From the NCBI GenBank assembly GCA_964247135.1, contig CAXTTL010000089.1, forward strand, positions 1 through 17,615: a DNA stretch of 17,615 nt, read 5' to 3'. Both the position numbers and the translations under genes were made by a program. The stretch comes from an uncultured Deinococcales bacterium. GTDB lineage: Bacteria > Deinococcota > Deinococci > Deinococcales > JAAFIG01. Below, one piece after another: positions 1 through 9,098 of this stretch; positions within the stretch are counted from its first letter, which is position 1; every line of letters begins with the position of its first letter. The notes beneath the pieces were generated by a model. It saw nothing but the letters and a program-made list of their open reading frames with translations. It did not search any database and had not been told where the DNA came from.

Positions 1-2370
1 CTGCATCCGCGCCAACGAGACGTTCGAGGTGTTGTTTAAGTAAATGCCCATACCGCCTGTTGTGCTGCCGTCCGCTCCAGTCTTGTGCTGGATTGTGCCG
101 CCAGACCCTGCCGAACCGTTGCCCGTCACCGTCAGTCCGCCGCTCGAGCCAGTGTTGTCCAAGCTGATGCCGACCCCTGCCGTTCCCGCACCTGTTCCTG
201 CGGTGATACTGCGGAAGGTCAAGCCACTGCCACCAATGGTGGTGCTCGAGATGTTCAATGCCGTGCCAGTGGTTGTCGTCAGTGTGTTCACAATCGAAGT
301 ATTATTCTGCGTGGCACTGACCGTCCCACCACCCGTTGCAGTAAACGCATTGTTCGTGCCTGTGCTCAGATTGAGTCCGCCCGTGAAATTGATGCTCGAG
401 CCTGAGTTCGCATTTAAAAAAATACCACTGGCAGTGTCGGTGATTGCACCACTCAACGTGACACTGCCACCCGTGCGATTTTGAATGTCCACCGAACGCC
501 CCGAAGTGTTATTGATCGAACTTGCAAATGTCAGGTTCGCTGTGCCGCCACTGACCAGGACATCCGCTCCGCTCGCGCCACTGATCGCGCCAGCGTTGAC
601 CGTCAGTGAACCAGTCACACCTGTCAAACTGACGGCGTTTGTGCTGCTGGTGGACGACAGACTGTCAATCGTCACGGCAAGGTTGCCCCCGTTGATGTTG
701 AGGGCTGCGCCACCGCCGTTTAACGTCAGGTTGTCAACCGTTGCCGTGCCGACGCTCGAGCCAATCAGTTTTGTCCCCGACACATTGCCAACCAAAAAGC
801 CGCTGATGGTGTTGCCGCTTGCCAAGGTAATGCCATTGCCAGCAGCATTGGTCAGCGTTGGTACGTTGGCTGGTGTTGCTGGGCGCAAGGTTTGGCTGTT
901 GACAATCAGGTCAACACTTTCACCAATCAGGTGCTGTCCATTCTCGAGGGCTAAACCGGTGGTGTAACCAATTCCCTTCAAGACATAAATAAAATCGTTC
1001 GGCGCGTCGCTGTCGCCAGCCCCACCCGCGCCGTTGATGTTGCTAAAGTTCTGGAAAGGAGTACCGCCGCGTCCGTCACCACCTGCTGCCGCGCTCGAGT
1101 CCACATACCAGACCATGTTTGAAATACTGACATCGGCACTCTGATCTGGAATCGTACAACCCGCACCGTCACTGACACGGTACTTAAACGTTGCAGCCCC
1201 CGTCACGCCAACATTGGGATTAAAAATGTAATTCCCAGCGACCAACGTCGCACTGCCATTCGTACCCGCCCCAAGACCAGCCACGGCATTCAAACTCGAG
1301 ACGCCATCGAGCGGAGCGTAATGCCCAAGGACACTCGAGCCTGCAATGTTTTTTGGCGTATTGCCAATGGTACTAAAGCCAAACGCTGCGTTGCTGGTGA
1401 TCTTAATATTGCCACCAATCCAAGCTGTTGGCGTGACAACACCCGCCGTTTTCGCGCCAGGAATAAACACGCCAGCCGTCAAACTCGAGTTGCACAAGTA
1501 CGCCACCTGTGCCCCCAAGGCGGTGGCTCGGGTTGAGGCGGTGCTGCCCACACCTTGCTCCTCAAGACTTTCACTGACGCGGGTGATGTTGTCCGCGAAG
1601 ATCAAAAAGGTCATGCTGTAACGGTAGGCGTTGTTGCCCGCACCAGCATCACCATTCTGAGGGACGCGCAAACCAATGGTTAAGGTGTTGTTACTTGTCC
1701 CGTGCACAATATTGCGTCCGTTGGTCGCATTGCGGGCGACATAACCGTACTGCAACACGCCTTCACCGGCAACGCCGTTGTTAATCAATGTGCCTTGAGC
1801 ATCGGCTTGAATGGTGTTGGCTTCGCTGGGTGAAAAGATTTGCATGTCAGCATGGGTGTCATCCACCACGAACCCACCAAGACCATTGGGTTTCATGCCG
1901 TGGGTTGGACGCAATTGGGTTGCCCAGGTTGCAGCGTTGCTCGAGCCTCCACCGAAGTCTTGAATGTTTGAAAATGCACTTTCGGCAACGTTTAAGTTGG
2001 GGAGTTTCTGACGGTTGTAAGCGATGAAGCTGAGGTTTGAGTAGTCTGTGGCTGCGCTGAGGTTGGCGACGTTAAACCTGGCGTTTAAGAATCGGTCTGT
2101 GCCTGCGGTTGGGGTTTGGGCTTCAAAAAAAGCTGGGGTCATCTGAAATTCGGTTTCGGCAGGGAAGGTTGTGGCTCGGGTTTGGCGATCAATTCGGGCT
2201 TTGGTTGTTTTGCTGCTCGAGTCGAAATCGAAGGTCACGCTGCCGAGTAAGATGGGTTTAAAAGCTGTCGGCGCAGGTGTTTGTGGTTTGGAATTTGCGG
2301 TTGGGAGTTGTGGACATGCCACCAAAAAAGTGCTGAACAGCAAACCAATCCAGGCAAGACGTGATTTCAT
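1..2370 (-). CDS. Large surface lipoprotein/adhesin-like protein (lipobox, Ig-like domain, right-handed beta-helix repeats); 3' end runs off the window
   Basis: ATG at 2370 follows a GAGGAG SD. Hand translation gives MKSRLAWIGLLFSTFLVAC (lipobox Cys19), later NGSATLVAGNYIFNPNVGVTGAATFKYRVSDG (Ig/cadherin-like) and VWYVDSSAAAGGDGRGGTPF, then G/S/T/N-rich beta-strand repeats ending GIYLNNTSNVSLARMQ at base 1. No stop was seen, which is why the ORF track omits it. Confidence 0.9.
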   Translation of the reverse strand, partial: MKSRLAWIGLLFSTFLVACPQLPTANSKPQTPAPTAFKPILLGSVTFDFDSSSKTTKARIDRQTRATTFPAETEFQMTPAFFEAQTPTAGTDRFLNARFNVANLSAATDYSNLSFIAYNRQKLPNLNVAESAFSNIQDFGGGSSNAATWATQLRPTHGMKPNGLGGFVVDDTHADMQIFSPSEANTIQADAQGTLINNGVAGEGVLQYGYVARNATNGRNIVHGTSNNTLTIGLRVPQNGDAGAGNNAYRYSMTFLIFADNITRVSESLEEQGVGSTASTRATALGAQVAYLCNSSLTAGVFIPGAKTAGVVTPTAWIGGNIKITSNAAFGFSTIGNTPKNIAGSSVLGHYAPLDGVSSLNAVAGLGAGTNGSATLVAGNYIFNPNVGVTGAATFKYRVSDGAGCTIPDQSADVSISNMVWYVDSSAAAGGDGRGGTPFQNFSNINGAGGAGDSDAPNDFIYVLKGIGYTTGLALENGQHLIGESVDLIVNSQTLRPATPANVPTLTNAAGNGITLASGNTISGFLVGNVSGTKLIGSSVGTATVDNLTLNGGGAALNINGGNLAVTIDSLSSTSSTNAVSLTGVTGSLTVNAGAISGASGADVLVSGGTANLTFASSINNTSGRSVDIQNRTGGSVTLSGAITDTASGIFLNANSGSSINFTGGLNLSTGTNNAFTATGGGTVSATQNNTSIVNTLTTTTGTALNISSTTIGGSGLTFRSITAGTGAGTAGVGISLDNTGSSGGLTVTGNGSAGSGGTIQHKTGADGSTTGGMGIYLNNTSNVSLARMQ

Positions 2371-2771
2371 TGTCGCTCCTCAAAATGGAATAGGGTCGTC
2401 CCTGTTAAAGCCAAGACCCAAGGTTGCTCGAGCTTAGGGGTTTGCTGATCTTGCCTGTACCTCTTGAGTGCTAAGAGGGTTCGTTGGGGATTGGTCTCCT
2501 GTTCTTTTCAGGTCTGGGCATTGAAATCAAAACTTTGTTGTCTGAAATCTACAGTTTCAAAATTTAGAATCTCAATTTCTGTTTGTTTAAATAATGGCAA
2601 TCTAGCGGTCAGTTGGAAATTCTGTCAATGCACAATAGACTTTGGGCAAGGTAAAAGAGCATGTAAAGATTGACTTTGACACACTCATTTGCGTGCCGTA
2701 AGCAATTTTTTGAAGTACACAAACCTTAAATTGAGAGCCAAGCTCGAAAAACTTAACAGGTTCTAAAGCCA

Positions 2772-2808
2772 CAAATAAAACTCGAGAACCCACGGCGTTC
2801 TCGAGTTT
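2772..2808 (-). terminator. Intrinsic terminator of tetR
   Basis: Perfect 12-bp IR AAACTCGAGAAC (2778-2789) / GTTCTCGAGTTT (2797-2808) with a 7-nt loop and a T-rich tail on the minus strand, 20 nt after the tetR stop. Confidence 0.75.
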
Positions 2809-2828
2809 CAATATTTGGATTGTTGGGT

Positions 2829-3440
2829 TTAACGCTCGAAGACGCCTTCGGTTAGAATTTTGAAGGCTTTGTGCAATTCTTCTTGGACTGGGCGTTCGCT
2901 CATGAACGCACTCCAACGAAGCGCGGTCATCAGGAAGGTGTATGCCATCGTGGCGGCAATGCGTTCGTGCGATAAATCTTTGCGAATGCTCGGAATTTCG
3001 CGCAGCAACGCCTCAATGATTTTGGCGAGCGGCATGGCTTCGTAAGCGGTGTGCGCCCGAATCGGGTCGGGATTGATCAGTTCATACGTCAGCGGCGGAA
3101 TCAGCGTCCGTTCAGAACCCGCGACTTCAGCCAGATCGCGCCACAAACCCTCGAGAATCTCGAGTGGGGTGCGCCCCAAGGTTTTGCGTTCTTCGACGCG
3201 TTCGCGCACGCCAGCCACGATGCTCGCGCCGTAATCGAGCAACACGGCTTCTTTGTACGGGTAATAGTTAAAAAACGTGCCCCTCGAGACGTGGGCGGCT
3301 TTGGCGATATCGGTGGCGGTGGTTTTGTCAAACCCACGTTCTTTGAAGAGTTGGATGGCGACCGTGTAAATACGGTTTTTGCGGCGCGATTTTTGGCGTT
3401 CGCGCAACGATGGTGGCGCGTCTGGGTTGAGCATCCGCAT
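2829..3440 (-). CDS. TetR/AcrR family transcriptional regulator
   Basis: N-terminal HTH ...AIQLFKERGFDKTTATDIAKAAHVSRGTFFNYYPYKEAVL. The start is uncertain (GTG 3467, ATG 3440 or ATG 3434). Confidence 0.92.
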   Translation of the reverse strand: MRMLNPDAPPSLRERQKSRRKNRIYTVAIQLFKERGFDKTTATDIAKAAHVSRGTFFNYYPYKEAVLLDYGASIVAGVRERVEERKTLGRTPLEILEGLWRDLAEVAGSERTLIPPLTYELINPDPIRAHTAYEAMPLAKIIEALLREIPSIRKDLSHERIAATMAYTFLMTALRWSAFMSERPVQEELHKAFKILTEGVFER

Positions 3441-3472
3441 GGGTTTTTCTGAAAATGAGTCAAGCACGCGTG

Positions 3473-3500
3473 ATGATAGCACTTTTAATCTCGAGGTCAA
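3473..3500 (-). promoter_or_regulatory. Putative sigma70 promoter of tetR
   Basis: Minus strand TTGACC (3500-3495), 16-nt spacer, TATCAT (3478-3473), with an in-frame GTG 5 nt downstream. Confidence 0.5.
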
Positions 3501-3581
3501 GTTTAAACCCAGTCAAGGAATGATGAAAACATGAGGGTGTGACGTGGGTTTTTTGCTATCAAATGAAATAGAATCTCGTGC

Positions 3582-5018
3582 ATGGCAGTTTTAAAAACGA
3601 TTCCTCAAAATGCGAGCATCGCGCAATTGCAAGCCTTGCTGGCTGCGGCAAGAATCTCGAGCGCCCAACTGGTCAGGCACTATCAGACGCGAATCTCGAG
3701 CATCGACAAAAATGCTTTGAACAGCGTGCTCGAGGTGAATCCCGATGCGCTTAAAATTGCCCAAAAACTTGATTTGGAGCGGGCTTCAGGGATTTCTCGA
3801 GGATTGCTGCACGGCATTCCGGTGCTGTTAAAGGACAACATCAACACCGCCGACAAACTCCACACCAGCGCTGGAAGCTTGGCGCTGAGAGATTCTCGAG
3901 CTTTGGAAGATGCGGCATTGGTCGCCCAGCTCCGAGCGGCGGGCGCGATCATTTTGGGCAAAACCAACATGACCGAATGGGCAAATTTTATCAGCACCAA
4001 CATGCCCAACGGTTACAGCTCGAGGGGCGGACAGGTCTTAAATCCATACAACAAAAGTTTCAACACGGGCGGCTCGAGCAGCGGTTCTGGCGTGGCGGTC
4101 GCCGCCGATTTGTGTGCGGTCGCAGTGGGCACTGAAACCTCGGGTTCGATCCTCAGCCCCGCCAACAACAATTCGGTGGTTGGCATCAAACCCACCGTGG
4201 GTTTAATCTCGAGGCGCGGGATTGTTCCGATTGCAGCCAGCCAAGACACGGCTGGACCAATGGCGCGAACCGTCGAAGATGCGGCAATATTGCTGGGCGC
4301 AATGACGGGTTTTGACGCGAAAGATACCGCAACCAAAAACGCAAAAAGTTTAAGCGATTACACGGTTTTCCTTGAGAAAGATGGTTTGCGGGGTTTGCGA
4401 TTGGGAGTACCCAGGGATTATTTCTGGCAGCACATCAAGGAAGAGCAAAAACCAATTCTCGAGCAAGCTTTAACCGCGCTTCAAGATGGCGGCGCGGTCT
4501 TGGTCGAAGCCGAAATTGAGAGCGCCCAAGCCGTGGCTCACCTAAGTTATACGGTTTTGTTGTACGAATTCAAACGCGATCTGAACAAATACTTGCGAAG
4601 CCTCGCGCCCGAATTTCCGCGCAGTTTGCTCGAGTTGATTCGCTACAACGAACGCAACCACAAGAAAATGTTGCGCTACGGACAAACCTTGCTGCTGGCG
4701 GCGCAAAGCACGGGCGGCACCAATTCAGAGATTTACAACTACACTCGAGCTGAGGATTTGCGTCTCTCGAGACAGCGCGGTATCGACGCGACCCTCAAAA
4801 AACACAAACTCGACGCACTCGTCATGCCGATGTACTGGGGTGCTCAAATTGGTGCAAAAGCCGGATACCCAAGCGTTTGCGTGCCAGCAGGTTACTCGAG
4901 CGACGGGATGCCTGTGGGTATCACTTTCATGGGCACAGCCTGGAGCGAACCGACTTTAATCCGTGCCGCGTATGGTTTTGAACAATTGACCAAATCCAGA
5001 CGTGCCCCAAAACTTTGA
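3582..5018 (+). CDS. Amidase signature (AS) family amidase
   Basis: LHGIPVLLKDNI (catalytic Lys), GGSSSGS and GTETSGSI motifs of the Ser-cisSer-Lys triad; 478 aa. Confidence 0.93.
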   Translation: MAVLKTIPQNASIAQLQALLAAARISSAQLVRHYQTRISSIDKNALNSVLEVNPDALKIAQKLDLERASGISRGLLHGIPVLLKDNINTADKLHTSAGSLALRDSRALEDAALVAQLRAAGAIILGKTNMTEWANFISTNMPNGYSSRGGQVLNPYNKSFNTGGSSSGSGVAVAADLCAVAVGTETSGSILSPANNNSVVGIKPTVGLISRRGIVPIAASQDTAGPMARTVEDAAILLGAMTGFDAKDTATKNAKSLSDYTVFLEKDGLRGLRLGVPRDYFWQHIKEEQKPILEQALTALQDGGAVLVEAEIESAQAVAHLSYTVLLYEFKRDLNKYLRSLAPEFPRSLLELIRYNERNHKKMLRYGQTLLLAAQSTGGTNSEIYNYTRAEDLRLSRQRGIDATLKKHKLDALVMPMYWGAQIGAKAGYPSVCVPAGYSSDGMPVGITFMGTAWSEPTLIRAAYGFEQLTKSRRAPKL

Positions 5019-5047
5019 AGCTCGAGGAAGAGCGTTAAAAGAAAATT

Positions 5048-5139
5048 GTAGGGTGCGCCGTGCGCACCACGGGTAAACGACGGTGCGCACGGCGACCATG
5101 CCCGTTAGGTGCATTTTATGGTCAAGACGTGCACCCTAC
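5048..5139. repeat. Inverted pair of GTAG-type REP palindromes (REPIN-like); second copy interrupted
   Basis: GTAGGGTGCGCCGTGCGCACC (5048-5068) and its exact reverse complement split into GGTGCGCACGGC (5082-5093) and GCACCCTAC (5131-5139). It lies between convergent amidase and pstB. Confidence 0.8.
5094..5130 (+). mobile_element. 37-bp hairpin mini-element inserted in a REP (copy A)
   Basis: GACCATGCCCGTTAGGTGCATTTTATGGTCAAGACGT. Removing it restores the REP exactly. It is 33/37 identical to copy B at 9333-9369. Boundaries are ambiguous by about 1 nt. Confidence 0.7.
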
Positions 5140-5200
5140 CAGAGCGCTTTATGTGATGTAAGTCTCGAGTCTCAGTGGGCGGAAGACATACCAAGATCGC

Positions 5201-5971
5201 TTAACCGAAACGTCCCGTGATGTACGCCTCGGTGCGTTCGTCTTTGGGTGTTTGAAACACCGCTTCGGTCGCGCCGTGTTCGACCAGATCACCGACCAAG
5301 AAGAAACTGGTGGTGTCCGAAACTCGAGATGCCTGCTGCATGTTGTGCGTCACGATGATGATGGTGGTTTGTTGTTTGAGGCTTTCCATCAGGTCTTCGA
5401 TGCGTTGTGTGCTTTGCGGGTCCAGCGCACTGGTGGGTTCGTCCATCAGTAAAATCTCGGGTTCGACCGCCAGTGCCCTGGCGATACACAAACGCTGCTG
5501 TTGACCACCCGAGAGGCTCGAGCCGACGGCTTTGAGGCGGTCTTTGACTTCGTCCCAGAGTGCCGCGCCGCGCAGGCTGCGTTCGACGGTTTCATCGAGT
5601 TTGACTTTGCTCTTTTCGCCCGCCAGCCGTAAACCAGCTACAACATTGTCGTAAATGCTCATGGTGGGGAATGGGTTGGGTTTTTGAAAGACCATGCCGA
5701 TTCGGCGGCGCACGTCCACGGGGTCAACGTCGCTGCCATAAACGTCTTGCCCGTCGAGCATGATCTTGCCCGTGACCCTGGTATTTGGGGTCAGTTCGTG
5801 CATTCGGTTGATGGCACGTAAAAAAGTGGTTTTACCGCAACCGCTCGGTCCGATCAGGGCATTGACGGTGTTGGACCTGAAGGACACGTTGACGTTGCGC
5901 ACGGCATCTTTGGTGCCGTAAAAAACCCCAACGTTTTCGGTTTGCAATCGGATTGGACGGTCAGTGTTCAT
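5201..5971 (-). CDS. pstB: Phosphate ABC transporter ATP-binding protein
   Basis: GPSGCGKTT Walker [25 protein letters not shown] and C-terminal [10 protein letters not shown]. The true start is MNTDRP at 5971 after a GAGGAG SD; the ORF-track extension to 6295 overlaps pstA. Confidence 0.96.
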   Translation of the reverse strand: MNTDRPIRLQTENVGVFYGTKDAVRNVNVSFRSNTVNALIGPSGCGKTTFLRAINRMHELTPNTRVTGKIMLDGQDVYGSDVDPVDVRRRIGMVFQKPNPFPTMSIYDNVVAGLRLAGEKSKVKLDETVERSLRGAALWDEVKDRLKAVGSSLSGGQQQRLCIARALAVEPEILLMDEPTSALDPQSTQRIEDLMESLKQQTTIIIVTHNMQQASRVSDTTSFFLVGDLVEHGATEAVFQTPKDERTEAYITGRFG

Positions 5972-5994
5972 GCTTCTCCTCGAGAGATTGATTG

Positions 5995-6879
5995 TTAACG
6001 TTTTCTGGCGGCAAAACGCGCGACCAGACTGGCGACCAAAATGGCGAGCACCAACACGAGCGCCCCAGACCAGGCTCGAGCGACCGCAGATTCGCTCGGC
6101 TCGAAGGCGCTGCGGTAAACCGCCAGCGGTAAACCTGACATTTTCTGGGTTGGGTCCCAGGTCAAAAACGAGTTGCCAAAAGCAGTGAAAATCAGTGGTG
6201 CGGCTTCGCCCGAAACCCGAGCGACCGCCAGAATCACGCCCGTGATGATGCCCGAACGGGCGGTGGGCAACACGATGTTCATGATGACTTTCCAACGGGG
6301 CAAACCGAGTGCCAGTCCAGCCTCGCGCAAGGTTTGGGGCACGAGTTTGAGGACTTCTTCGGTGGCGCGAATAATCACTGGAATCATGATCAAGCCCAAG
6401 CTCAGACCGCCGGCGATACCGCTGTAACCAAGACCCAAACCGCGCACCACCAGCCCGTAGACCACCAAACCAACCACGATGGCGGGCATTCCGGTTAACA
6501 CATCGCCCATCAGGCGCACGCTCGGTACGAGGCGATGCTCGCGGTATTCGGTCAGAAAAATCGCTGTGCCAACGCCAATAATCACGCCAATGACCAGCGC
6601 GACCGCCAGCATGATGACCGAACCGACGATGGCGTTTAAGAAACCGCCGCCACTGCCCAAGAACGTGATCTCGGATTGGGACTGCGTAAAAAATTGCAGG
6701 TTGAGGCTCGAGAAGCCTTTAAGGAACAAATCTTTGAGAATCAAAAAAAGTGGAATCAGTACAATCAATGTTCCCAAACCAATCAAAACCATTGCCGCCG
6801 TGTTCTGAACGCGTCTGGCGGGGCTGAGGGTTTTGGAAATACCGACTTGTACGTTCTGGCTGTCTGCTCGAGTGACCAT
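5995..6879 (-). CDS. pstA: Phosphate ABC transporter permease
   Basis: Multi-TM protein with EAA loop ([16 protein letters not shown]) and [14 protein letters not shown]; position in the pst operon fits. Confidence 0.95.
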   Translation of the reverse strand: MVTRADSQNVQVGISKTLSPARRVQNTAAMVLIGLGTLIVLIPLFLILKDLFLKGFSSLNLQFFTQSQSEITFLGSGGGFLNAIVGSVIMLAVALVIGVIIGVGTAIFLTEYREHRLVPSVRLMGDVLTGMPAIVVGLVVYGLVVRGLGLGYSGIAGGLSLGLIMIPVIIRATEEVLKLVPQTLREAGLALGLPRWKVIMNIVLPTARSGIITGVILAVARVSGEAAPLIFTAFGNSFLTWDPTQKMSGLPLAVYRSAFEPSESAVARAWSGALVLVLAILVASLVARFAARKR

Positions 6880-6881
6880 GT

Positions 6882-7835
6882 TTAGACCGTCCCTTGAGGG
6901 GTGAGTTTGGCAATCACGATTCGCGCCAGGAAATTCACGACGAGCGATACCACCAACAGCACAAAACCAATGCCAATGAGGCTCGAGACGAACTCTGGGC
7001 TGCTGGCTTCACCAAAGTTGGAGGCAATGATCGAACTCATGGTGGCGGTCGGCGAGAACAAATTATCTGGGAAACGGTTGGCGTTGCCAATGACCATCGT
7101 GACCGCCAGGGTTTCACCGATGGCGCGACCCAAACCCAGAATCACACCGCCCAAAATGCCCGCCCGAGCGTAGGGCAGCACCGCGTAGCGGATGACTTCC
7201 CATTTGGTTGCGCCCAGCGCAAATGCCGCCTCACGTTGATCGTTGGGCACAAGCTTGATCACGTCCCTCGAGATGGCGGCAATGAACGGGATAATCATGA
7301 CCGCCAAGAGCAACATGGCGCTGAACAAACCAGGTCCGATTGGGGCTTTCCAACCGAGGCTCGAGGCGAGCCATTGTTGGAATGGCAGTGTGGCTGGAAT
7401 CAGCACAAAAATACCCCAAAGTCCGTACACCACACTGGGAATCGCGGCGAGCAATTCGATCAGGTAGGCGACTGGGTTGGCGAGCCAGTCTGGGGCGTAC
7501 TCGGCGATGAACAAACTGGCAGCCAACGCCAGCGGCACGGCGACCACCAGCGCACCGATGGCGGTAAAAAACGTGCCCGCAATAAACGGGAAGGCTTGAA
7601 AATGCCCGTTGGCGGGGTCCCAGTTCGAGCCGAAGACAAAGCCCAATCCCTCACGTCCGAACGCCGACGCGCCGTTTAAAAGCAGCACAATTGAGTACGC
7701 CAAGGCGGTCATGAGGACAATGCTGGCGAGGGCTACAATGACGGTTTGAAACCTGGCATCCGCCTGTGAGCCGCTTCCCCTGCGCCGTTGTGGAATTGTC
7801 GCTTTCACAACCCCAGCATGAGGCGCAATTGTCAA
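6882..7835 (-). CDS. pstC: Phosphate ABC transporter permease
   Basis: ELLAAIPSVVYGLWG, REAAFALGATKWE and GRAIGETLAVTMVIGN motifs. The TTG start is uncertain. Confidence 0.95.
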   Translation of the reverse strand: MTIAPHAGVVKATIPQRRRGSGSQADARFQTVIVALASIVLMTALAYSIVLLLNGASAFGREGLGFVFGSNWDPANGHFQAFPFIAGTFFTAIGALVVAVPLALAASLFIAEYAPDWLANPVAYLIELLAAIPSVVYGLWGIFVLIPATLPFQQWLASSLGWKAPIGPGLFSAMLLLAVMIIPFIAAISRDVIKLVPNDQREAAFALGATKWEVIRYAVLPYARAGILGGVILGLGRAIGETLAVTMVIGNANRFPDNLFSPTATMSSIIASNFGEASSPEFVSSLIGIGFVLLVVSLVVNFLARIVIAKLTPQGTV

Positions 7836-7852
7836 GGAAATATCATGGAATT

Positions 7853-7884
7853 GAAAAACCCTCGAGAAAACGTCTCTCGAGGGT
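7853..7884 (-). terminator. Stem-loop between pstS and pstC (partial terminator or mRNA stabiliser)
   Basis: 10-bp IR ACCCTCGAGA (7858-7867) / TCTCGAGGGT (7875-7884) followed by a T-run on the minus strand. Confidence 0.7.
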
Positions 7885-7904
7885 GCAGCTTTGGTCTTGG
7901 GACT

Positions 7905-8939
7905 TTAGAGTGCTTTGCCGCCGTAAGTGATGCTGGCAACGATCTTCTTGGCTTTGGTCAGCGCCGAACCATCAATCTGACCGTAAGCCAGTTGTTCGTT
8001 GATCTTCTGACCGTCAGAGAGCATCCATTTGAGCAAATCCACTAGGCTCTTGGCTTGCTCTGCGGTGCGCTTGCCGTACTTTTGTTCCTTGTAGACCAAA
8101 ATCCAGGTGAAACCCGAGATTGGATAACCGATGTCGCTGTTGGTGAACGAAACCCGAGTGTCGTTCGGCAGTGATTTGGAATCGCTGGCGAGTGCCACTT
8201 CCTTCAGGTTGCCGCCGTCAACGTATTTACCCGTGCTGTTGCGAACAATGCCGTACTCGAGTTTGTTGGCTTTGGCGTACACGGTTTCGACGTAACCAAT
8301 CGAACCGGTGGTTTGTTTGACCAAACCTGCCACCCCAGCGCTCTGAGGTCCGCCGACGCCAACGGGCCACTTTACCGTGCTTTGTGGTCCTTTGGAAACC
8401 GTACCAGCCCAGTCGCTCGAGACTTTGGAAAGGTAATCGACGAAGATGGCTGTGGTGCCAGAGCCGTCAGAACGGTAGACGGGTTGGATTGCCAAATCGG
8501 GCAGCTTGACGCCCATGTTGAGTTTGGCGAGTTTGGCGTCGTTCCATTTGGTGATCTTGCCCAAGTAAATTTGCGCCAGCACATCGCCGGTGAATTTCAG
8601 CTTATCGGGAGCGCCAGGAACGTTGTAAACGGGAACGACTGCGCCGATTGCCATTGGCACGTGAACGATTGCACCTGGGGCGGTTTTCAAGAGTTCATCG
8701 TTCATGAACGCGTCAGAAGCGCCAAAGTCCACAGTCTGCGCAATGATTTGCGTGCGTCCGGCGCCCGAACCGACCGATTGATAATTGACTTGAACGCCGG
8801 TGGCTTTGTTGTATTGGGCGAACATTTCTTGGTAGAGCGGAAATGGAAAGCTTGCGCCCGCACCGGTGATGGTCTTCGCGTCTTGAGCCACAGCAATCGC
8901 CGCAACTGCCAATGCACCTGCAATCAGTAGTTTTTTCAT
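7905..8939 (-). CDS. pstS: Phosphate ABC transporter substrate-binding protein
   Basis: Signal peptide, GAGASFPFPLY, YQSVGSGAG, VDFGASDA and RSDGSGTT motifs; GGAGG SD upstream. Confidence 0.97.
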   Translation of the reverse strand: MKKLLIAGALAVAAIAVAQDAKTITGAGASFPFPLYQEMFAQYNKATGVQVNYQSVGSGAGRTQIIAQTVDFGASDAFMNDELLKTAPGAIVHVPMAIGAVVPVYNVPGAPDKLKFTGDVLAQIYLGKITKWNDAKLAKLNMGVKLPDLAIQPVYRSDGSGTTAIFVDYLSKVSSDWAGTVSKGPQSTVKWPVGVGGPQSAGVAGLVKQTTGSIGYVETVYAKANKLEYGIVRNSTGKYVDGGNLKEVALASDSKSLPNDTRVSFTNSDIGYPISGFTWILVYKEQKYGKRTAEQAKSLVDLLKWMLSDGQKINEQLAYGQIDGSALTKAKKIVASITYGGKAL

Positions 8940-8971
8940 GGATAATTCCTCCGCCGCTGAGTTTGCTCGGC

Positions 8972-8991
8972 AATTGTCATGGCAGCGTCAG
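8972..8991 (-). promoter_or_regulatory. Pho-box-like 11-bp-periodic direct repeat upstream of pstS
   Basis: Minus strand CTGACGC-TGCC-ATGACAA-TT (plus strand TTGTCAT-GGCA-GCGTCAG) resembles the 7-4-7 CTGTCAT Pho box. It matches the site at 9460-9479. Confidence 0.65.
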
Positions 8992-9098
8992 GGCAAAGCG
9001 CGATAACCCGAGCATCAATATTTATGATTTGCTTAGGTTTCTCGAGCGTCCAAAATGCTTTGGCGTGTTCAAAAAATGAGTTGCAATTGTGCCATTTT

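Noticed and set aside
44-2437. Plus-strand ORFs (44..484, 485..967, 1346..1621, 2171..2437 and others)
   Set aside because: These are Pro/Val-rich antisense shadows of the minus-strand lipoprotein gene.
3582-5018. Calling the amidase gatA
   Set aside because: There is no gatB/gatC nearby, and the TEWANF and GTETSGS variants fit generic peptide-amidase-like members better.
5972-6295. N-terminal extension of PstB in the ORF track
   Set aside because: It overlaps pstA in another frame; the SD and the PstB homology begin at 5971.
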